NCBI GenBank assembly: GCA_910592345.1 | Contig: CAJVPI010000196.1 | Location: forward strand, 1-43,642 | Direction: 5' to 3' | Length of the DNA stretch: 43,642 bases | Source: Paraglomus brasilianum | Lineage: Eukaryota | Shown: piece by piece, positions 1 through 13,147 of the stretch | Layout: each line of letters opens with the position of its first letter | Numbering within the stretch: position 1 is the first letter of the stretch | Made by a program: the position numbers and the translations under genes | The notes under the pieces: generated by a model | What the model was told of the DNA's origin: nothing | Databases searched by the model: none | The model's input: the letters and a program-made list of their open reading frames with translations, nothing else

Positions 1-1
1 T

Positions 2-170
2 GATCAATATGACAATGCATTAGTTGATCTCAATAAAGCATTGGAGGTTGATCCAAATAACGCGTCTACATTGGAAGTAAGGGGAAAGTCTATCGAATGC
101 TTCATAAAAATAACAAGCACGTCAATACCGAAAACAAGACAAATGCTTTGTACGATCTCAATAAATCAAC
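2..170 (+). pseudogene. TPR-repeat protein 3' fragment, frameshifted
   Basis: Reads DQYDNALVDLNKALEVDPNNASTLEVRG, a TPR consensus. After a frameshift it reads VYRMLH...NALYDLNKS. Truncated by the window edge. Confidence 0.6.
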
Positions 171-582
171 AGGAAATTAAACTGCATTATATATAGGCTA
201 TAATATATTTATCAATTAGGAATAAAATGAAAATTTTAACTTATACTGTGTATGTACTTTTTGGATTGTAGTTATCTCAAATTGTGCCACGTCTACGTTC
301 TATGATGGCGCTAAAGTTGACGTACTGCCACAACGAACTCACTAATTATGTGTTTTTATCTTTCTGACAGTGTGGTTTGAACTCCTTGCACATATGAATT
401 AACCTCTCTACATTTGACGTCAATGTACAATATTAGATATGATACTGATAATCAGTAATTCTTTTAACGCGCAGCAACGACGGTAGTACGTAAATTAATT
501 GTGATGTTCTCGCGAATAGAGTTCTAACCGATACTTAATACTCCTAATTTTCCCGATTCTTGATTATCTTTTCAATCAATCA

Positions 583-1960
583 CGGTGAACAAACCATCTC
601 GTCGTCGGGGGCAAACGTCCCGCCAACGCAATGGATGAGGCAAACGCGTAGCTGATAGAGGGCGCAAAGTAAGTATTTATCTGTTCGAGATTCTGGCTCG
701 GATTTTCCGATGCGTGGCAGTTTGGGAATCATATCGTATAATGATATCTATTTGTTTACGATTTAAATTCTTACTCTACCGCTTTTAATCCCCTCTAAGC
801 ACGTCTCGTCATAGGTTATCATCCCACCAAACAATAGTAATATTAGAGAAATCCAAAGTCCTTGGTGCGAGTATATAAGAGTGCTCCCGGAGAAATTTGA
901 TAGCATCACTTCGAACATGATTGGTTTCTTGCCGGAAAATGTTAAGTAAAGAAAGTTTTAGACGGGATGGTATATCGTTAATATGACTTAGATTGGACAT
1001 TGTTACAATAAAGTTGATTTAGAAAGACAGAAAGAAAAGTTTGAAAGAGATTATGCTGCGATTGAACAACTTCAGGTATTTGTAATGTCATGACATGTAG
1101 TCTTGACTTATCTCACGTCTTTTTCAATTCCAAAGGCTACTTCCAACACGTATGGCCCAATTTCCAGTAACGAGTTCTTATGAGGATGGTTATGTGATGA
1201 GTAGAGCAGTTTGTTCTTACAACACACGCACTTGCTCTCTTCCATGCGTATTACGACTCTTATAATTTCTTATCAATTTCTTTGCCACCGTCATTGAAGT
1301 AAACATGCGCTGTATATATTTCAAAGCGTCGAACTGCCAATTCTCCTTTTCCTCGGATGAAAACGTCGCGATAGCTCCGATGCTAGGTTTTCTCAATCAT
1401 TCTAGTTGTGCCAAAGTATGGAGCGGATTTTGTGAGTTTTTGATGAATGCCAAATATCATGCTAAAGGAAGTTACTCATTTTTAGGTTATGGGAGAGTTC
1501 AATCAACAAACTAATTGTTATCAAATTATGACAATGACAACCATCAAGAAGGGCGTTCCAGTTCTTGGTTCACGGTTGTAAACCTTGATCGAAGGCCTTT
1601 ATAAACTATGGGCCGCATGATAACTTTAGACTATTAATCGAATATGGGTTTACAATTCCCAATAATCCATTCAATTATGTCTCAAGATATGTTTTTTATT
1701 CGATACCTTTCTTCCGATTCAACATTCTAATTTGTTATTGTTGCATAATAGCGATTACACTCTACGCGAAAAAGAAATCTCTTTTTGTCTGTTGACGGCT
1801 CTTCGCTTACGCGTCTTACATCCATTCATCCCTTCATCACTTCATCAACACATGCGCAATCGCTCATCGCCCGTTGGAAAGATACACTAATAGGACGACT
1901 GGATAAGTGATAATGAGACTACGTAGATGAGTTTATCTCTAGAAACCAATGAAAGCGTTA
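583..1960 (+). pseudogene. SETD4/Rkm2-like SET-domain lysine methyltransferase, degenerate
   Basis: Collinear motifs: RRRGQTSRQR (N-terminus), SPWCEYIRVLP (~860), VNMRCIY...AIAPMLGFLNHS (1299-1400) and FINYGPHDNFRLLIEYGFTIPNNPFNYV (~1598-1681). No ATG found, the conserved D of DxxNH is replaced by G, and stops/frameshifts are present. Confidence 0.7.
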
Positions 1961-2109
1961 AAACGTGTTCGAATGCGCAGCCAGCCTTACTTATTGTTTG
2001 ACTACATAAAGGAGACCCACCAGATTATTCATAACTATGTCAGCTTTGCTTAACGTCGTCTGACACATTCTCTCCAAATAACCAAAACAATCACTTCCAA
2101 TTCCGTAAT

Positions 2110-2285
2110 TTCTTTGAGCAGATATGTTTTCCCATGAACGCATGACCCAACAAAACACATCGCTGATCCTAGCACGACGAAGATTTCCTGCTGCAGTTTC
2201 TCCAGCACCACCACTAGCCATCCAAAAATGCCATCATTCCTTGCGAAGGTTATCTTTAAAGGGTTTGTTGATTGCAACATCTATA
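2110..2285 (-). mobile_element. pogo/Tigger-type DDE transposase remnant (C-terminal part)
   Basis: Minus strand reads DVAINKPFKDNLRKE*WHFWMASGGAGETAAGNLRRARISDVFCWVMRSWENIS, matching the PLDV.IN.PFK...W...SW motif of pogo DDE_1 transposases. Contains an internal stop. Confidence 0.75.
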
Positions 2286-3779
2286 TATTATTTAAATGTT
2301 TCGCGTTTCTTTTAATCACACTAATACTGGAATTCTCGCGTTTGTTTTTACTTACCACTATTGAATCTGTCTAGAAAGTTCGATATATTTTTACTAATAT
2401 GGTATTAATTAACACTAACTATTCTAAATGTTTCTATATGCATGTGATTTTCTCAAATTTGTTACACGAAAATCGAAAATAAGCTTAATGATCAGTAACG
2501 ATCGGCTGAAAAAAAAAGCCATATAAGGGTGTTTATAAAACTACACCCCAGAATAAAATCGAAGGTCTGCTCGTGAAGCATGTCTTTTCTTTGTGGAAAA
2601 ATTTTGCATTTACGCGACGCATTTACCTGTAATTGACGATGTCTTCCCTTAAATCTCGTTTAGATCTAGCAATCAATTCATACTTCGATAGTCATATCTT
2701 GGTTTTTTAAAGACTTTGAACCTTTCTGCATCTCAAATACGAACTCAAGTGAGAACCAAAACGCTATATTACGAAAGAAATATTTAGAGTTTATAAGGAA
2801 CTTTCTTACTGAAGAGAAATGCAAGATGAGCATATTAAGGAGCAACGTGAACTTGTAGAATTTCTTTTACAACAGGTCTGTCACGTTCTATATTGTATTT
2901 TTCTGAACTGTCATAGGCGATGATGTGCAACCAACAGGGGGTGTTGTAAGGGGTGTCGCTCCTCGCACCTTGTTCGTCTGCTGCGGGGGTGTTCGTGGAG
3001 TCCTTACGTGTTCCTCTGTAGCGACAGTTCAATCTCATCGTATTGATCAATTCTAAGTCCACGCTTGTTTAGAAAGAACCGGACGTGAAGAACTTTTAGA
3101 GAAGTGTTGAGCTGGAAAGAGAACAAGTAATTGAGTTAGAAAATAAAAAGGTATCTTACATTTTGAATAGGATTTGTTCATTATACCTGTGCTCACTCGT
3201 TAGCTCTCAAGATTGTTGTCAAGCGCAAATCACAAATCGACGGGCTGGAGTTGCTCAATATCGCTCGTCAGCAACAAAACCACGAACTCGTTGATGAGTT
3301 AAATCTACAGATATCGAAAAAACCGCGTTTAGTGATACCTAAAGTGATGACAGAGGAAGCAATGAGCTTATGTATTTTTATTTTTCCTATATCAATAGTA
3401 GTTTATTATTATAAAAATATTTCTTGGCAAAATTGATCAACATGAACAATATTGCTGATAGGGGAGGCTTTACTTCACTGACAGTCATTTCACATGACAC
3501 ATTGTTTATCGCACTTATCATTGGTTTTCGATGAAATTTATGTCGGTGAAATGAACCGGACCTGAGAGCGGCGATGTGAAATTGAGGATCTGAAAATGGA
3601 CATGCAGGAGGCAGAAAAAAAGCTGGCATCTATGAAGCCGGATTTTACTCATTAGCTTGGACACTTTTTTCCTTGCGCTTCTGCCTCGCCTGTAAAATAG
3701 GCAATCAAATATTTATAAGCATAGGCTTGTAATAAAATATGTGGCTACTAGGTTTCATCGTAGTTTTGCTTTAGCTAAG

Positions 3780-4050
3780 AAAATTATGATGACCCAAATT
3801 ACCCTCTTATTTGGCAAATGTTTTAATCATTGATAGAGAAACTGAATTTATGGGCAAGTGTAAGGATTTATTACTTAGTCATGATATAAAAATCCAGTAT
3901 GCCAACTCTAAACGTGGTGTAGCTATTGCTGAACGCGACCATCAAGAATTTGAGAAGCATGCTTACTCTCGGCAAGATGCTGTAGATTTCATTTACCTTT
4001 AACCGAAAGGTCTAGAGCATGAGTTAAGGGACTTCGTCAATATTTACGAT
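3780..4050 (+). mobile_element. rve-type integrase catalytic-core remnant (Polinton/Maverick- or Ginger-like)
   Basis: Reads YDDPNYPLIW/NVLIIDRETEFMGKCKDLLLSHDIKIQYANSKRGVAIAERDHQEF...LPLTERSRA*V, carrying the D(x)GxEF...G.AER integrase signature. Frameshifted. Confidence 0.6.
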
Positions 4051-4468
4051 AATCGATACACATAATTTATTATTATTATTATGCTTTAAAAAACAAAGTG
4101 TGTGCAGATATTTGCATATCCACCAGAGCAGTTGCATGGGAGGAAATACTCGGACCCAAAGCCATTAGTGAGTACCCCTATATTTCGGTCGCGCTAGTGA
4201 ACCTATGCTACATATCATTATTATTAATGCTATTAACATATTCGTCTTCATTCCTCCTTCCTTTATCTGCCCATTTTTAAGTGCTTCGATCATTTTTCTC
4301 GAGAATTGGCTTTTTCGTTGGTAAAGGCCTTTTAGAATGAAGGCGATAGTGCCTTGTCTTTCGAATAGTTTGTGGAGTTTTATAACCACTTTGTTAAATA
4401 AGGCTGAGTCCAGCTCGGAATTTTTATCAAATAACTTATTGAGATATTCCCATAAATGCGTTATGTTT

Positions 4469-5958
4469 TGTTCACTTTGTCTGGTTTTGTTGCAGTCTGT
4501 CCCAATTAAAAGTTGTGGATGGTGGTTCAATAATGAATAAGCACCAGAATTCTGGAAAAACTTATTACGCCAATAAAATACTTATATAAATATAATAGGA
4601 CTTACAGGTTATTTAATTGACAGTGGAATAAATTCAAGATTTACAGAACGCCTCAACAAATACTAAAATATTAATTGGTCAAAATATCACAACTACGCGA
4701 TGATGACAACCAAGTCCAGGCAAAAGTTTAATTGAATAACCCATGGTTATATTTTTACCAGTAAATATAAATAATAAATTATATCTTAATAATATAATGC
4801 CAAAAAGCCATGACCAATTTGGCTAACTAATAGTATACATGACCTTCATAATGATAACACAGTTTGGTGGAATTTAATATTAGGCTTCGTATTGTTTGTC
4901 TCTGTTATGAATAACAGTGTTCTTTGTAGAGTCATTTTCTGTAAAAAGGTAATCGCAAGATAAATTCTTGTTGTGGATGAACTCCTTTGTCCGTCCGGTT
5001 TATTGAGAATAAATATTTTTATTAAAACGCTTCTGGAATAAATTATTATACTAATACACTGAATTTATGAATTGGCCAATAATAAGCAACAACCTTGCAA
5101 AACCGATAGACAAAGGTGAGGAAGCCACATCAGGTTTCCGAGGTTTGAAACCATTTTAAAGCATTTACGAATGCAGGAACGAGAGTGATTACTTTAATTT
5201 GCCGTCTAAATATAAATATAAATATAAATATAAATATATATATAATTTAATTTAATTTTATTTTATTTTTTTATAAAAAAAGAAGCTTTATTATTATTAT
5301 ACTAATACTTATTTTCCTCGAAATTTTTAGGAAATTTTTTAGTTTGCAAAGATTTAGTATTCTGTTGGTTAAGATGTGAGGTGCAATTTTTTACTTTATA
5401 TGGCTCCTTTTCTGGAAAAAAAACTATCCCAACTTTTAGTAGTCGGTAATTCTTTCTAATAAACGAGAAGTTTTTTTATATTCTGAAAATACATTAATAA
5501 TGATTCGTTTCCTGGTGATTATTGGTGTAGTTGTGAACCAATCTCTACGTACATCTATAGAATATCCGTCTTTTGTCCCGTGAATATTCTCGTGGCATTA
5601 CGATTATTACGTTTAAGTAGATACGAGTATACCCCCAACCTGTAGGCTTCCTCCTTAATCCCCACCGAAAGGTTAACTCGAGGGCGAATATTAGTGTCTA
5701 CCGATCGACACAAAGTTGTGAGTAGTGCACCTAGTTTACGAATCACTTTCGGATACCTCTTAACCTAATAGCGGAGCACTAGTATAAAGCCAACAGATGT
5801 TCTATCAAAATGCCTTATTTGCCATTATACATAAAATAGATATAATAATAAGTTTCTTTCTTTCAGAGAATGACATACTAATACTGTTAACCTTCAGCCA
5901 CACCAGCCTCTCATTTATGTCACATAATAAATGTTCACTTTGTCTGGTTTTGTTGCAG
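4469..5958. repeat. 27-bp exact direct repeat pair (4469-4495 and 5932-5958) in an AT-rich, TE-like region
   Basis: TGTTCACTTTGTCTGGTTTTGTTGCAG occurs identically at both positions. Confidence 0.85.
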
Positions 5959-6850
5959 CATGCCCCACATTAACATAACTACTTATGCAGGTATTAATCG
6001 ATTGGTATTATGATTATAGGGACTGACAAAGTGGGTTAAATTGGCTGGTGTTAATGAAAAGCATATTTGATATATAAATTTGACTTAAAATAATAAAGCA
6101 TGGCACCATTTTTTGTATAAATTCTTTTGTCTATTCGATCTACACGATAATTCGTATGACATTTCTTAATTAAGAATAAACAGTATTTCAATTACCATGG
6201 ATCCACCTAAATTATACCACGAGGGAAAAGCAAGCATTGAAAAGTGGTAAAATGCATTATAAAGTCCTCAATCAGATTATATTCAAAAGTATGTTCGGAA
6301 AAGTATTACGCAATATTTATTAGGAGTACAATATTTTATTCTCATTAGTATTAGTTCCATTGTTGTTATTATTATTATTCGAATATTCCGTGTTACATTA
6401 AGTAAGCTGATTGGTTCGATGGTCCGAATTGAGAAAACATTGAATGCTTTCCAATGTCGTCTTATTGACCATCAGTATTCTAAAACCCGCTTAAGAGAAA
6501 ACGTAGTTAAGAAGCACTATCCAGACGTGTAGTCCGTTTACTCGATATGCAAAAAGAGGGAAACTAAAATCTTCAAACTTGATCCATTAATGACGTCAAC
6601 ATTACTGTTCCCTCATTTGATTATCAAACATTTCTTCATTATTATTATTATTACTCAAATCCACAAGTACAATCATAAGTATTATTACTATCTATTACTA
6701 TTTAACCTCTGCGCAGACCTTCATCTGCGGTTTACAAATCAAACACCTTTACCCAATACTCTCCCTCTTCTACACATACCTTGTTAATACACCACTTCCT
6801 ATCAGGGAACGACATAGCATATATTAATAGCTGCTTCTACCACCGTTGTC

Positions 6851-8176
6851 ATGACCTCTGCCGTACAGGGACGTGTCATAACAGCGACCGAGCCCGTGAT
6901 CGATCTACGTGGACAGGGTAACAAGCCTGTATTGTTTGTGGTTACTTCTCCTGAGGAAAAAGAAAAAAAAGAGAATCAATATTTTGGTGAAAGAGACGGG
7001 GAAGTGAGTAAGAGTGAAAGTACAAGAGATGATGGGGACGACAAGCTTGAAACAAAAAAGGAAGAGAGCGTAATGCCGAACGATAAACCAAATGCGGATG
7101 ACGCAAAAGGCAAGGAGGATAAAATCGACGAACTGTTTAGGAGGCAAGATCAGTTATGGAAGAAGATCAATGGTAATTTCAGAGATAGTCTGTACCCTTT
7201 CATAAAGCCGTTGGTTTTTCTCCTTTCTTACACCCGTATATTTCTGTACAAATCATTCACTTTTAAAGAAATGCAACAACAGGAAACAAAAGAAGAACTC
7301 TCACTCTCATCCCGCACGATATCCTTACGCACTGCTCCGTCATTCACGTCACGGTGCAAGCCAACCTCAATACATTCGCTGTCGCAGGATAGGGAGTCGA
7401 TATCAAGTAAATTATCAGAGCGATGCCGAATAAACGGCAAGGCTGATGGAATACTGGCAAAGATATTAGGTGAGAAATGGTGATGGTATATTGGTTGAGA
7501 GAATCTATGGATTAGAAAACGGAAAGTGGAAGCAGTCAAAAAATATGTATAGATGCATCAAGTGCTTACATGTAGGCACGGTGTAGCAATAATATTATGC
7601 TAGCACATATTTTGTAACGAATGTATAGGCCGTTGACTAAGGCCTTGTAAATCTGTTTTCAAACCTCGTTTAGCACCACCACCAAAACCATCACTCTCAC
7701 GTGATAAGTTTATACAACTAGTGGCTAGTCTTCAGGAAGCCGGGTCTTCACTGGAGAGGAAAGGTAAAATTTGAGCAACTCGAATCAGTTTGTTGTTTGG
7801 TAATGTACTTAAATTTTTCCATTATTTGTAGCTATTGTAGAGAACTTAGTACCTAATTATGTGATAACCTGCGATCAACTAGGTACGTACGAATACGAAA
7901 AATAAAAGAAATGGTGCTATACTTGATCGCGTTTTTTTGGTCAGTTCCATCTCAATACACGCATGCTAACTCTATATAATTTTTCATAAAGGTCGCATAC
8001 TTGCTCTTCTCTCTTTTCCAACCGAGCGCACGTTTGCAGCTCGTACTCTTGCACCATATGTGCGGGATAGATATCATCGTACTCATGACATCTTACCTCC
8101 ACTCTTATGGCTTACTCGCAGTGAAAAGAGAGAAATCTTGGATATTCTGATAAGTGCCACAAGTCTGGCGTTTTGA
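6851..8176 (+). CDS. Hypothetical protein with a charged disordered N-terminus and a C-terminal DUF4476-like helical domain (5 exons)
   Basis: Exons 6851-7172, 7269-7469, 7674-7763, 7832-7882 and 7992-8176 splice in frame via GT-AG. The C-terminus, LSRDKFIQLVASLQEAGSSLERKAIVENLVPNYVITCDQLGRILALLSFPTERTFAARTLAPYVRD, resembles DUF4476. Confidence 0.65.
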
Positions 8177-9465
8177 TGGGCAGAAAGGCAAGGATGTATA
8201 TTTATATTTCTTTAGTGATGTGGGTCAGCTTTAGGAGGTTAATATTGTCACATGTTGGGAACACATTTATTTCACTTAGAAGTATTTAGTATTATATAGC
8301 AACCAATTTGGTAGATGGCTTGTATAGACTTTTTGTATAATTTCATTATTCTTAATCTTGCTGCATATCACTGCATTTAACTTTTGTATAAATCAGACAT
8401 TTTTAAAGTAAATTAATGCACGGTGTAAACAGAAGGGTGTTATGAGTTCGAGCATCAAGTGGTTCTATTAGAAATATTATCACTAAAGACCCATGTATTG
8501 ACACCCAAAGAAGAGGGAGTAACTGTATATTATTAATATTGCCTGATATTGGAGCGAATATGGTAAGACCAAGTTGGATAATTTGCCCAAAACAGTCTAC
8601 TGCCCTTTATGGAGGCTTTGTGTGATGCTACACATAAACCGCTTTGTTTGTTACTATTACTATTACGAGTGTTTTGTGGAAATCACAAAATATTATTCGT
8701 AAATCTCTCCATAAATGGGAATTTACTCCCCTCAACGCGAAAGTGGTTAAAGTTAGACAATGTTATGACCTTTGCAGGGAAATTACGCCTCAAATTATAC
8801 AATTATAAACCAATATATTTTTTATAGCAACATAAATATTAATTTAGGTGAAGTTATCAGCTTTGACTGTCGAACGTAATTGTCGTTTCACTTGTATATG
8901 TTATTCATTAATTTAATATACGTGGCCCCGCTGATAGTATCCATTTACGCGGCAATTGAAACGAAAATTACGGCTTCTTTTGTCACAATTGAATTAGCTC
9001 TCAAAGGACAGTTTTAAAGCAAAACATATGGCGTGCATGTGACTATTGGATTAAAAGCATGTTGGTCCAGGAAGAATTTCATGAGGGAGTTGACGTTGGG
9101 AGTTAAATTCACTTCGAGGAGAGTTTTTTCCCTACCTCTATGCGTAATTCGGTCACATAATTATTGTTAAATGGAATTCTTTTTTTTAGGCTGCTGGTCC
9201 ACCTCAAATTCAAAGACACCAAACTACGCGGCTTTTCCTGCTGATTTAATTGCTCTTGCCAAACTAATACGTAATGATGTGATTGATTTCTCTGGTCAAC
9301 GATGTACGTGTATTTCTACTCTGCCATCCGAACTAACTAATCGTCTAAACCAAACTTTTATTTATATGATAAAGTGATGTATGTCATCACAAATTGTTAA
9401 AATTCAATATATATTCAGTACAAATGAGAATATACAAAATGATAGAATATCTACAAAAATATTAT

Positions 9466-11731
9466 TTACGGTTCAATTTCCTTCCTTCTTCGTTCTTGTA
9501 CGGTCACGCAATTTACGGGTTTTCCCATAATCGGTTATATGCTTGAATTCTCTCGCCTGTGAAAAATGAACCAGTATCAAAGTTAACAACCAGTATATCC
9601 ATCCTGTACATAAATGGTATCTATAAGAGACTTACGGACAGAAAACCCTCAGTATCCGTTATCGCTCCTTCCGAACGTCGTCTTTTCCTTTTACCGCTGT
9701 GCAAGGATGCAAGTAACCGTCAAAAATTGTTGTGTATCGACACCAAAACATCAGTTGACTTTCATACCCTGACTCCTCGTGTGTTGTTGCGTGTTTTAAT
9801 GACCTTGATACTTCGGACGGCATCTCGTCTTTATCTGTTTTAGGGGTCATCACTTTGTTCTGATCTCGTATTGTATTGTCCAAAGAAGACGCTCTCTCCA
9901 GTGTTGACAGATTGGATGATCTCGCATTCTCTTCTTCCGACCTGCTATGTGACAAGAGTTAAATATACATAAAAATATTATAGAACCACATTTTCAACAC
10001 AGTCGCAAATCTAGTCATACTCTTAATGGAGAAATATATTTTACTGTGTCAATAAAAGCGAAGAGTACATGAATTGATACAAACGTGTTGTCAGTTGAGA
10101 GAGTGTATTCCGACATCTCGTCAGTGATAGTCTCTTCGTTGATATCAACGAAATCTTCCACTTTTCTGTTAGTTAACTCATCATAGAACAAATGCGGATC
10201 CTTGCTTTCGCTAATCTTGCTAACGTTCGAAACGTTATCAGCATCTCCGCTATTATCACATTCGTCGGGTTGCCTAGGACTCCTGCTTGTACGAAAACAA
10301 CGATTTAGACGGACATACTTGATTACAGATTTTCTCGCCGAGTATAATCTATTTTCATATATACCCACTGCTTCCTTTAATAGATTTTGTCACTTCTTTG
10401 GTCGATTCTGTCTCGTATAATGGTAGATAATAGTTATCAATTATATTCTGCTGTGGTGTAGTAAATGGATCACTTGTGGAATAAGTCATGTCTTGGCTTA
10501 ATGGTGGCGTCTTATCAGCTCTCTGCGTATTTTCCTGTATATCAACAACTTGTTTATTCTGGTCATTGATATAACACACTGTCTGGGCGTTCGATTCTGC
10601 ATGAGAGTTATTGGAAGCCACATCTTGTGTGCTTGATGGAGATGTCTCTATCTCTCCTTCTGGTATGCTCACTGCTTTCGATTGGTTTCTTCGTTCATTC
10701 AGTAGCACTTGTAATAGATTCCTCGGTTGTATTGACTTGTCCCTGAATCAAGTATTTATAAAATATTAGTTCTACTCTTATCGTACCCGTTAATTCCCAT
10801 CTTTGAAAAATCTACCATTCTTCTTCTTCTTCTTCCTCCTCCTCCTCCTCCTCCTCGTCTTCATCATCGTCATAGTCCCCGTCATAATAATCTGGAGGTA
10901 TCGGCATTCTGACTCCAAGGCTATAAAAGTATAGATCATACCGGTTAGCTCAACGACATGGTCAAGATTATTTCCGGTCGCCATCCGAGGCACCACCTGA
11001 GAGTAGCCATGTCCTGTTTTGCACTCAATCCAAGCGCATGTTGAGCGGCCGCAAGCATAGCATCGTTTTCGTAGTCGTAGCTGGGATCGTCGTTCTCATC
11101 TTCTAGAAAGGGGTTATTACCCTCATCCAAAAGTTGCTCAGTGCCACTGGATTTTGAACGTTTTCCTGATTCTAGATCTTTGGGGTTTATTATCGCCTCC
11201 GAGCCTTCTTGATCACATTGTTCAGATTGCGATGATTCGTTTTTTGGCTTTTCTTTTATTTCTTTGTGAACGTCACGCAGATCACTTAATATACTCCTAG
11301 GCTTGATCGGATTCCATCCGTGACTAGATTTCATCAATAAAGATTTCTTATTGAGTTACATTATCTATTATCAATCAATATTACAATATTGGTTAACAAC
11401 CTTTCTTCTTCATCGTAATAGTCTGGTGGTATTGGCCAACGGACACCTCGTCTAAAAATAGAATTGTTATTAACCATAATCGATCAATGAATATTCAAGG
11501 TCATGAATAGTTAACTCACGACACGTGTGCCATATTCATTCGGGCTTCGAATGCTCTGCTGAGCGCTCTATATCTCGATGGTCCCCTTGAACCAAGAAAC
11601 GGATTATTGTCATCATCCGCTTCAACTTGGATCTTATGAACCATCGCCGGTTGGTCTTCTTTTCCTTCCGAATTTATGTTTGAATCACTATCATCTACCT
11701 TAGATTCACTGTTGCCTTGAATGCGGTGCAT
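9466..11731 (-). CDS. Multi-exon, intrinsically disordered acidic protein with an internally duplicated module; function unknown
   Basis: ORFs 11516-11731, 10945-11337, 10355-10708, 10015-10368 and 9659-9955 link through GT-AG introns. Contains a poly-Glu tract (~10820-10865) and a basic NLS-like GKRKRRR, and ends ...RTKKEEIEP*. Start codon uncertain. Confidence 0.6.
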
Positions 11732-12661
11732 TAAGGCAAGTAGAATATGAACGAGTTAGAGTGATAGATGACGGAAGCCAAAAATGTATGATCGAAATAA
11801 TGCGAGGTGTTGATCGAAGGGTGTTAGAATAACATCACGTGTTCACATGAAGAACTAAGTATACGTAACGTATATTAATAGTCTTTGATTTAAATTTATT
11901 GTGCCAGGAAAATGTGTGTGCTGTTTGCAACATGAGCTAGCTTAGATTCTACCTTGCTCAAATAAAATAGCTAAGAATTCACATAATCATTAGTTTACAA
12001 ATTGCAAGGTACATCTGTAATAAAATAAATTGTAAGGAATGATATATACAGTATTCCCATGATCCATGCGGATAAGAGTAACCAATGCTCAGTTATTATA
12101 TTTTTTTTCTCTCCGTGGCGCCTTTCTTGGTCCAATATACTTATTGCCTTTTTGGTAATATGAGATCCAAATACAAATAACTAAACCAATATTAAGACGA
12201 AAAACCTCAGTAATAGTTTTAATAAAAGCGGATCCATTGTTGAATTCGGACCACCCTAACAAAATGTGGTTATTTCAAATATCTATGACTATTGTCCATA
12301 TATGCTATGTAAATAACAATGAGTTGTATGGTTAAAAAGCCATTTGGCCGTGTACTTAATGTGGGACCAAAAAACCGGGATTAGAGAAGTAATCACATTA
12401 CGCGGCGCAAATTCTACTACGAAATAATGTTGACGCTTGTGATCATCAGCCAAAATCGGCGTTTGCTCTGGAACGGCTTAAATATCTTCCTATTCCTTTG
12501 AAGACAGGGGGCGGTCACTTTGACTTGTCTGAAAGTCATTATGGTTGAGATATTAAGAGTGAAGAGGGCCTATTACAAGCGTTTTGTTTAAATTGACTTT
12601 TGATCATTTTCTCCTTTAAATTACTAACGCCGTTCAACATCAACATCATGTTCTTCATTTT

Positions 12662-13086
12662 AGAGCATTAGCAAAAAAGCGTAACTCGAGTAAGCGCGCT
12701 CAAGCACGCATGAGAAGACATATTCAAAATTTAGTGGATGAAGTACATAAAAAAACTGCATTGTGATTGACTAAGTAAGCCTTTTGACATAATCGTGTTA
12801 CCAAATTTTAATAGCATACAGATGTCTCATAGACGAAGAAGAAAAATTAATAGTAAAACAGTTCGACAGATGATGCTGGGCGCATGCTAGGTTTAGGAAT
12901 CGAATGTTATCTAAAGCGGAAGAATTTGGTAAAATCGTAATAACATCCGTATCTGAAGCATATACAAGTAAAACATGCAGTCGTTGCGGATATGTTAGGA
13001 GGAATTTGGGTGGAAATAAAGTATTTGATGGGTATGGACTTCAGACTTTTCTCCGGGCATTGCTTGATGGAGCCTTAGTTATGTAA
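12662..13086 (+). mobile_element. Fanzor2 / IS607-TnpB-like RNA-guided nuclease, degenerate C-terminal RuvC/zinc-finger fragment
   Basis: Stitched translation: RAQARMRRHIQNLVDEVHKKTAL*LTK-FDIIVLPNFNSIQMSHRRRRKINSKTVRQMM-WAHARFRNRMLSKAEEFGKIVITSVSEAYTSKTCSRCGYVRRNLGGNKVF...FLRALLDG. Has one stop and two frameshifts, and the RuvC-III DRD motif is deleted. Confidence 0.85.
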
Positions 13087-13098
13087 CATAATTATGCC

Positions 13099-13147
13099 AA
13101 TTGATTGATTATAATTGACTATTTTTAGCTATAGTTGATCGATTCAA
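13099..13147 (+). ncRNA. Candidate omegaRNA 3' hairpin / element right end of the Fanzor2 relic
   Basis: 13099-13113 (AATTGATTGATTATA) pairs with 13130-13144 (TATAGTTGATCGATT) as a 15-bp stem with 4 G-U pairs, directly downstream of the nuclease stop codon. Confidence 0.4.

Noticed and set aside
7319..7326. ATATCCTT as a U12-type AT-AC donor (also at ~23010)
   Set aside because: Both sites fall inside open coding exons and I found no matching U12 branch site or AC acceptor.
7629..7645. Apparent in-frame TGA (selenocysteine or pseudogene) in the DUF4476-like gene
   Set aside because: Using the AG acceptor at 7672-7673 removes the TGA and keeps the frame.
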